Assembly: GCF_018336915.1 (NCBI RefSeq)
Contig: NZ_CP064923.1
Coordinates: forward strand, 5,434,228 to 5,458,227
Source: Acaryochloris marina S15
GTDB lineage: Bacteria > Cyanobacteriota > Cyanobacteriia > Thermosynechococcales > Thermosynechococcaceae
Length of the DNA: 24,000 nucleotides
Reading direction: 5' to 3'
Below are positions 16,040 through 23,700 of this stretch, piece after piece. A model generated the notes under the pieces. That model worked only from the letters and a program-made list of their open reading frames with translations. It made no database searches and was not told where the DNA came from. The first letter of the stretch is position 1. Every line of letters begins with the position of its first letter. The position numbers were made by a program, and so were the translations under genes.

Positions 16040-16873
16040 TTATCCCTTACTATCTGCGTTGACATTAAAGAGAAATGGCACCTGTCCGCTATCTTTGCCA
16101 CTGCCACTAATTAAGACACGGGGCATTTGGGAACCCCCTTTCCTCCAGGCTTCAATCGCTTCTTTTTGCAGAACTAATTTGCCCCCTTGATCCTTCAAGG
16201 TTTCTGCCAATAGACGTTGGGCTTCTGCCTTACCCTTAGCACGGTTCACTTCAGCCAGGGCTTCTTGCTCAGCTTCCCGAGCAACATAAACCGCTCTCTG
16301 AGCGCGCTGTTCGGCAATTTGTTTCTCTTCAACGGCCTGAGCAAATTCTGGGGAAAAGTCGAGATCTACAACGCTAGTATCAAGAACGATAATGCCGTAT
16401 TTTTCCAGTCGCTTACTCAAAGCATCGTCAAAATCGGATTTCAAGACTTCCCGTTGGGTAATAGCTTCTTCCACGGTGCGGCGAGAGGCAGCAATCTTAA
16501 AAGACTCCTGAGTCTGGGGCGCAATGATTTTGGAAACAATATTTTGAAGAGAACCTTGCTTCCGTCTTACTTCTACCACTTCCGTTGCATCGAGCCGAAA
16601 GTTAATGGCAAAACGGGCGGTGAGGTCCTGTAAGTCTTTGGTAGAACTTTGGGCAGGAACTTCAAATTTTTGGACCGTCAAATCGTAAATATCGACTCTA
16701 GAAACAAAGGGAGCTTTGAAATGAATGCCTTCAAGGAGCGCTCCATCCCGCGCTTTTCCCAAAATACTGAGCACGCCAGCTTGACCGGGATTGATAATCA
16801 CAACAGCATTGAGGCCCAACAGTACCAATAACGCAATGATAATTCCGAGATTTGCTGGATTCCAATCCTTCAT
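16040..16873 (-). CDS. SPFH/band-7 (prohibitin family) membrane protein
   Basis: An N-terminal TM anchor (LGIIIALLVLLGLNAVVII) is followed by the SPFH core (PGQAGVLSILGK...GIHFKAPFVSRVDIYDLTVQ...) and a coiled-coil AEQRAQRAVYVAREAEQEALAEVNRAKGKAEAQRLLAE. Confidence 0.88.
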   Translation of the reverse strand: MKDWNPANLGIIIALLVLLGLNAVVIINPGQAGVLSILGKARDGALLEGIHFKAPFVSRVDIYDLTVQKFEVPAQSSTKDLQDLTARFAINFRLDATEVVEVRRKQGSLQNIVSKIIAPQTQESFKIAASRRTVEEAITQREVLKSDFDDALSKRLEKYGIIVLDTSVVDLDFSPEFAQAVEEKQIAEQRAQRAVYVAREAEQEALAEVNRAKGKAEAQRLLAETLKDQGGKLVLQKEAIEAWRKGGSQMPRVLISGSGKDSGQVPFLFNVNADSKG

Positions 16874-16903
16874 GCTTAAGCCTTTTTGGTAATCTTGCCT
16901 TTC

Positions 16904-18313
16904 TCAGGGTAGCTGATTTATCTCTTCCAAGGGCAGGGATTTAGCTTCAATCTTTTTAGGAAGCTGCTGAGGGAGTGTCACCGTAAAGAGGGTACCTTGC
17001 TGCAACCGACTGCTGACACTCATTTGACCTTGGTGATTGTGGCAAATCCCTTGTGCGATCGCAAGCCCCAATCCCGTTCCCATCACTTTGCCAGAGGAAA
17101 CGGGTTGAGCCGCCGGTATTAACGACCGCTGTCGAGCCGGATCCGCCCGATAAAACCGATCAAAGACATGGGGGATGGCTTCCGCCGGAATCCCGAGTCC
17201 CTCATCTTCAACTATCGCCTTTAGATAAGGTATACCTTGTCGAAGAGACTGTTTGAGGGTCACCCTGACCCTACCCTCCGCAGGGGTGTATTGAATACCA
17301 TTACTCACCAGATTGGTAAACAACCGCACCAGCTGATCGTAGTCTCCGATCACAGAAAAGGACTCTTCACCGGGTATCGTTTCTGCCCCCGTCTCTTCTA
17401 AATTTAGGTGTAGATGCACCCCCTTACTCGTCGCTAAAGCCCGTTGGTCTTCAACCACTTCCATCAAGACAGCATCCAACGGACAAGGCTGGTAGTCAAT
17501 CTGGAGCATGCCACTGTCTTGGCGGGCTAAAAACAGCAGGTCATCCACCAAGCGTCCAAGGCGCTGAGTCAGCCGCTCAATCACTTCTAACTGTTGCCGT
17601 TGCTCAGGCATCTCCAGTTCAGGATCTGCTAAAGCGACTTGCACATTGGTTTGGATAAGGGCAATCGGATTCCGCAACTCATGGGAGGCATCCGCCGTAA
17701 ACTGCTTCAGATGTTGGTAAGAGTCTTGAATCGGTTCAATGGCTAACCCCGAGAGAAACCAACCCGTCATTGCCACTAACCCCACTAACAAACTCGTCCC
17801 CAAGCTCAGGTCAATAAACAGTTGGCGAGCGGGTTTCGTCACCTCAAACCAAGGATGGCTCACTCTTAGATAGCCCAGCACATTGCCATTCAACATGACC
17901 CGCTGGGTGAGCTGCCGCAACAAGTAATCGTCTGCAATTTCAACGGTTTCACCACGGTAGCCCAACCGAATGGGGACCTCCAAGGTTTCAGATAGAGTTG
18001 ACCAAAGCAAATCACCGTCTGAATTAAACCATTCCAGATCAATCCGGTCATCATCCACCGCATCCGGCGGATCACCAAAGCTTGCTTCTAAATTAACGAT
18101 AAACGGAGAGTCTAGAGGAGAGAAATCTGCATTACTCGCCTCGACGACTAACGAGCGCTGTACCACCTCCACCACATGGCTCAAGGTATCATCCACCCGC
18201 TCAATCAGCGTGCCCCGCACATACAGGTAAAAACCACTGGCAAATACCAGCAGTAAAATTGCAGTGACCCCTGTATACCAGAGTGCTAATCGCCGTCGAG
18301 TTTTTTGGAACAT
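16904..18313 (-). CDS. Two-component sensor histidine kinase (two TM helices, periplasmic loop, HisKA + HATPase_c)
   Basis: H-box FTADASHELRNP, N-box LVSNGIQYT, G1 EDEGLGIP and G2 GTGLGLAIA. TM1 is ALWYTGVTAILLLVFASGFYL and TM2 is LSLGTSLLVGLVAMTGWFLSGL. There is no cognate DNA-binding response regulator next to it. Confidence 0.9.
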   Translation of the reverse strand: MFQKTRRRLALWYTGVTAILLLVFASGFYLYVRGTLIERVDDTLSHVVEVVQRSLVVEASNADFSPLDSPFIVNLEASFGDPPDAVDDDRIDLEWFNSDGDLLWSTLSETLEVPIRLGYRGETVEIADDYLLRQLTQRVMLNGNVLGYLRVSHPWFEVTKPARQLFIDLSLGTSLLVGLVAMTGWFLSGLAIEPIQDSYQHLKQFTADASHELRNPIALIQTNVQVALADPELEMPEQRQQLEVIERLTQRLGRLVDDLLFLARQDSGMLQIDYQPCPLDAVLMEVVEDQRALATSKGVHLHLNLEETGAETIPGEESFSVIGDYDQLVRLFTNLVSNGIQYTPAEGRVRVTLKQSLRQGIPYLKAIVEDEGLGIPAEAIPHVFDRFYRADPARQRSLIPAAQPVSSGKVMGTGLGLAIAQGICHNHQGQMSVSSRLQQGTLFTVTLPQQLPKKIEAKSLPLEEINQLP

Positions 18314-18327
18314 ACCGTAGAGACTAT

Positions 18328-18897
18328 TTATTCTGACGCCGTTTCTAAAGCCAGCTTTTCCTTATCTCGTTTCCGTTTCTTGGCATAGAGCTGGATCGTC
18401 ACCACCATCGCCACCACCATGGCAAAAATCACCCATACGGTTATATCCGTCGGCAGACTATTTTTGAAGACCGCCAACAGCACAATGGCCACTAGCATCA
18501 AGGTTGGCGCTTCATTGAGTGCCCGCAGTTGCTGCCCTGACCACCCACAGGTTCCTTCTTCCAGCTTTTTCATCAGCCGACGACAGTAGAAGTGGTACAC
18601 CAGCAACAATGCTACAAACCCTAATTTAACCTGTAGCCATCCTTGCTTCAGCAGATCAGGCTGAGTCACGAGCATCCCAATCGCCATCGTCACAGTCACC
18701 ATCATCCCAGGACTGGTAATGATGCTATAGAGACGCTTTTCCATCAGCGTATACTGCTGCTTGAGAATAGCAGGTGCAGGCTCCGGCTCATCGTTGGCTT
18801 CTACGTGATAGATAAATAAGCGGACTAAATAAAAGAGTCCAGCGAACCAAACAACAACGCCAATAATATGAAATGCTTTAAACCAAAAGTAAGCCAT
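18328..18897 (-). CDS. hemJ: Protoporphyrinogen IX oxidase, HemJ type
   Basis: MAYFWFKAFHIIGVVVWFAGLFYLVRLFIYHVEA... matches the conserved N-terminus of the HemJ family (Synechocystis slr1790-like) as I remember it. The protein is about 190 aa with 4-5 TM helices. Confidence 0.85.
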   Translation of the reverse strand: MAYFWFKAFHIIGVVVWFAGLFYLVRLFIYHVEANDEPEPAPAILKQQYTLMEKRLYSIITSPGMMVTVTMAIGMLVTQPDLLKQGWLQVKLGFVALLLVYHFYCRRLMKKLEEGTCGWSGQQLRALNEAPTLMLVAIVLLAVFKNSLPTDITVWVIFAMVVAMVVTIQLYAKKRKRDKEKLALETASE

Positions 18898-19104
18898 GAA
18901 CCTGCCAACACTTCAAAAGACCTAAAACCCATCCTAAACTAACCCTTGCCATGGCAAGAGAGTTACTAGGCGTTGCGTCATCTTCCTTAAAGATTGGGCA
19001 TCAAAACTCAGTTCAAGTCAGCTCCAATAAGCCTGAAACAGACATCAGCAATCGCCTTCTCGCTTCAACATGGGCTCGGCTTAACCTGAGTGGCAAGATT
19101 GAAA

Positions 19105-19166
19105 GTGCAATCTCTCTTGCCAGGCAATAGCTCCAGACATGAGATGTCATTCATAAGAGATTGCAC
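19105..19166 (-). other. 11-bp perfect inverted repeat directly after the msrA stop (structured 3' element or weak terminator)
   Basis: GTGCAATCTCT (19105-19115) and AGAGATTGCAC (19156-19166) are exact reverse complements 40 nt apart. On the minus strand only TTT follows the stem, so this is not a canonical intrinsic terminator. Confidence 0.4.
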
Positions 19167-19173
19167 CGCAGAT

Positions 19174-19830
19174 TTATGCTTCTACCAAAGGAGGGCATGT
19201 CACACTAGTCCCCCCTAATCCACAATAGCCACCCGGATTTTTAGCCAAGTATTGCTGGTGATAATCTTCCGCATAATAAAATTCGGGAGCATCCAACACT
19301 TCAGTCGTAATTTCATTTAGGCCAGCTTTTTTTAAAGCTTCCTGATAAATACCCTTGGAAGACGATGCTAGTGCCTTTTGCTGCTCCGAGTAGGTGTAAA
19401 CGCCAGAACGATATTGCGTGCCCACATCATTCCCTTGCTGCATCCCTTGGGTTGGATTATGGCTTTCCCAAAAAACTTGCAGAAGACTGTCGTAACTAAT
19501 TTTAGAAGGGTCAAAAATAACCATCACGACTTCGTTATGCCCCGTCATTCCTGAACAGACTTCTTGATATGTGGGGTTAGGCGTGACACCACTGGCATAG
19601 CCCACAGCAGTCACATACACCCCCTCCTGTTGCCAAAAACGTCGTTCAGCCCCCCAAAAACAACCCAAGCCAAACATGGCTTGCTCCAACCCTTCAGGAA
19701 AAGGAGGTTTGAGAGGATGACCATTGACAAAGTGCTTCTCAGGAACAGGCATCGATTTTGCCCGCCCTGCTAATGCGTCCTCTGAAGTCGGTAAGGTAAG
19801 CTTTTTCCCAAATAATCCAAAAAGAGCCAT
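19174..19830 (-). CDS. msrA: Peptide-methionine (S)-S-oxide reductase
   Basis: Active-site motif [13 protein letters not shown], plus GYASG..PNPTY.EVCSG.TGH.EVV...FDP and DYHQQYL. Confidence 0.92.
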   Translation of the reverse strand: MALFGLFGKKLTLPTSEDALAGRAKSMPVPEKHFVNGHPLKPPFPEGLEQAMFGLGCFWGAERRFWQQEGVYVTAVGYASGVTPNPTYQEVCSGMTGHNEVVMVIFDPSKISYDSLLQVFWESHNPTQGMQQGNDVGTQYRSGVYTYSEQQKALASSSKGIYQEALKKAGLNEITTEVLDAPEFYYAEDYHQQYLAKNPGGYCGLGGTSVTCPPLVEA

Positions 19831-20524
19831 AGTGCCAAAAATTAATTGATGAAGGACAGAGAGATACTACCTTCAGGGTAACGAATCCATAGGAACGCAA
19901 GGTTACCCTGGCATACATAGAACGATATATCTAGTCTCTACGAGATTGAAAGATAAAGAACGCAATCATATAGCCATTTTCTTATTCCACCTCCAAAAGC
20001 CTAATTTACAGCGACAACCCACAACTAACTATATAGATAAAAACACCGAGAATAACTTTAAGAATTAGTTGAAGCAGCAGGCCATATATTAAATAATTTC
20101 TTTCACTTTCATAGATAAAGCAAAGAGTTTTATCGGAAAACACTGACTCCTCTCAGCATTAATTGATTTTCAGAGCATAAATATCAGAGTTTTTACTGAG
20201 GTGGCCATATTTCTGAAGTAGCTACGCTAGTTATAGAATTCTCCCCAAAGAAAATATTCCGTATTTTCTCGCAATAGACAAAGCTCAAAATTCTAGCAAA
20301 CAATCAACAAAGCAGCTATTAATCAACAAACTAAATTCACATCTAAAGTGCTTCCATCAATGGAGGTTATTTTTACAATCAATCCATTCATACAATCAGA
20401 CTAAAAATACAAGCACAAACCAAAAAGCTACAGATAAAATCACATAAAGGCTCATTGTTTCACTTCTAATTAAGTTATACATTAGAAGAATTTTAATGAC
20501 GTCAATTCATACATAGCAGTGCCA

Positions 20525-20554
20525 GCATTGATATATAACCTGATATATCAATGC
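20525..20554. promoter_or_regulatory. 12-bp perfect inverted repeat in the AT-rich region upstream of the metalloprotease gene
   Basis: GCATTGATATAT (20525-20536) and ATATATCAATGC (20543-20554) are exact reverse complements with a 6-bp spacer. They lie about 200 bp upstream of ATG 20755. The function is unknown (operator or RNA hairpin). Confidence 0.3.
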
Positions 20555-20754
20555 AAGTACATTGCGGTGCCACTCATATTCATGAAAGCCATATCATCAA
20601 ACCCAAAAAATCAATAAAAAAGCTATTCCTTGATTAATTCATAAATTAATTAGCCAAGAAAACACCTAAAAATATCGCCTAACCAATAAATATCAGAAGT
20701 AAATCCACGAGATCTCTTCACTCATTTTTCAGACCTTAAATAACATCCAGTGCA

Positions 20755-23700
20755 ATGACCAACCCAGCCAATTCTCAAGAATCTCATGATGTTATAAGCT
20801 CTGATCTTGATCATGATAGAACTTCTGAAATAGAATTCTCGCTTAGCAATAATTCAACTCTCTTAAGCGACCAGAAAGAAGACGAACATCTGTTTAAAGA
20901 TGAGACAAAACCACCACAACCTTCCATTGAAGCATTAGAATCTTTATCAATTGAAGGGGCAAGCTCTCAGCAAAACGATTTCGTTGAACAATATCGTTTC
21001 GACGAGTATCTTAACAGCAAAACTTTTTCTCTTTCTCCAAATCTTACCTCTCTACTTAACCCTGCAGAGCAACAAGCAAGCTGTTTAAACTGTGGTCAAG
21101 TGGGATGCGCTTGTTCACCTAACCGGACCCAGCAACAAGACGACCCTCATTACCATCATGGCCATACGTCACACCATCATGGCCATACGTCACACCATGC
21201 TCATGGTTTAGAGGGAGACTTCCCTGTATGGAATACAGCTAACACTTCAGCTAATATCAACCCATCTTCTTCTCTAGCTGTTAGCAATACATTTCAACTC
21301 CACAGCAATCCCAATGCGCAACACACGATTTACTTAGACTTTGACGGACATACCACATCCGGAACATGGTGGAACAATGGGGGAACCATCCGATCTTCCG
21401 CCTATAATCGAGACGGTAATAGCGCGTCTTTCAGTACAAGTGAATTATTAGAAATTCAGTCGATTTGGCAGCAGGTCGCTGAGGATTTTGCCCCTTTTAA
21501 TGTCAACGTCACGACCCAAGACCCAGGCGCTGCAGCCTTAAGCAGAACAAGTAGCAGCGACAGTCAATGGGGCGTTCGTGTTTTATTCACTGATAACCGC
21601 AACGAGATAGATGGTACGGCAGTTGCTGCAGGCGCAGGAGGCATTGCCTATGTCGGTAGTTTTAATCGCAATGTTGATCAGGCCGTTTTTGTTTTTAATA
21701 AAGGGGCTAGAGCTGCTGCCGTCACTGCAAGTCATGAAGTTGGGCACAGTTTATATCTCAGGCACGATGGTATCAGTGGTCAGACCGCTTACCATCCTGG
21801 CCATGGCAGCGGTGCCACGAGTTGGGGCACTATCATGGGAGCCCCTTTTCAGGAAAACCTGACGCAATGGAGTAAAGGAGATTACTACAACGCAGATAAC
21901 ACTGAAGACGACCTTGCCATCATCACCACAAGAAATGGCTTTGATTATCGCTCCGACGATCATGGCAATAGCCAAGCCAATGCTTCAGCACTATCCCTAA
22001 ACAATGCCGGTCAAATGAGTTCCTTCGGCATTATTGAAAGGAATACAGATGTTGACTATTTTTCCTTCACAACAGGAGCAGGCGACGTTTCATTTACAAT
22101 TACTCCTACATCAAAAGCATTCGTTGGGAATGGTAGCGGTGGCTATGCCACTGAATACTTAGATGCTCAAGGCGCTAATCTCGATATCTGGGCGGGACTA
22201 TACAACTCTAATGGCACATTGTTAACATCTTCTAACCCGAGCAATCTTTTAACTGCAAGTTTAGACTTGTCCCTTACTGCAGGAACTTACTTTATCCGCA
22301 TTGATGGTGTGGGCAAAGATAATCCCTTAGTCAGTGGATCACAAGGCTATTCTGATTATGGCAGTTTGGGCCAGTATTCAATCCTTGGCAATGTTGAATC
22401 ACTCTCCGCGAGAATAATTGAAGCATCAGGGAATGCCTCATTACTCACTACGGTGGTTGGTTATCAACTTCAAGGGCAGGGAGCTGCTGCTCAGTTTCTT
22501 CGGTTGAACGGAAATGTGGTCAGCGAAAACACTTTCTCCGGCTGGTCTGCTATTGGTGTAGAGCGGTTAGGGCAAGGGTATCAGTTACTGTGGAAAAATG
22601 TTGATGGACGCTATTTAGACTGGCGGGTGGATGCAAATGGGACTTATCAGAGCTCTCAAAGTATCAGTGAAACAGAACTCACTAGTTTAGAACCGACTTT
22701 TCAGCAAGATCTCAATGGTGATCAAGAGATTGGATGGGCATCAACGGCGATAGAAACGGTTGGGACTGCCTCCTTAACAACAACGGCAGTTGGTTATCAA
22801 CTGCAAGGGCAGGGAGCTGCTGCTCAGTTTCTTTGGTTGAACGGAAATGTGGTCAGCGAAAACACTTTCTCTGGCTGGTCTGCTATTGGTGTAGAGCGGT
22901 TAGGGCAAGGGTATCAATTACTGTGGAAAAATGTTGATGGACGCTATTTAGACTGGCGGGTGGATGCAAATGGGACTTATCAGAGCTCTCAAAGTATCAG
23001 TGAAACAGAACTCACTAGTTTAGAACCGACTTTTCAGCAAGATCTCAATGGTGATCAAGAGATTGGATGGGCATCAACGGCGATAGAAACGGTTGGGACT
23101 GCCTCCTTAACAACAACGGCAGTTGGTTATCAACTGCAAGGGCAGGGAGCTGCTGCTCAGTTTCTTTGGTTGAACGGAAATGTGGTCAGCGAAAACACTT
23201 TCTCTAGCTGGTCTGCTATTGGTGTAGAGCGGTTAGGGCAAGGGTATCAGTTACTGTGGAAAAATGTTGATGGACGCTATTTAGACTGGCGGGTGGATGC
23301 AAATGGGACTTATCAGAGCTCTCAAAGTATCAGTGAAACAGAACTCACTAGTTTAGAACCGACTTTTCAGCAAGATCTCAATGGTGATCAAGAGATTGGA
23401 TGGGCATCAACGGCGATAGAAACGGTTGGGACTGCCTCCTTAACAACAACGGCAGTTGGTTATCAACTGCAAGGGCAGGGAGCTGCTGCTCAGTTTCTTT
23501 GGTTGAACGGAAATGTGGTCAGCGAAAACACTTTCTCCGGCTGGTCTGCTATTGGTGTAGAGCGGTTAGGGCAAGGGTATCAGTTACTGTGGAAAAATGT
23601 TGATGGACGCTATTTAGACTGGCGGGTGGATGCAAATGGGACTTATCAGAGCTCTCAAAGTATCAGTGAAACAGAACTCACTAGTTTAGAACCGACTTTT

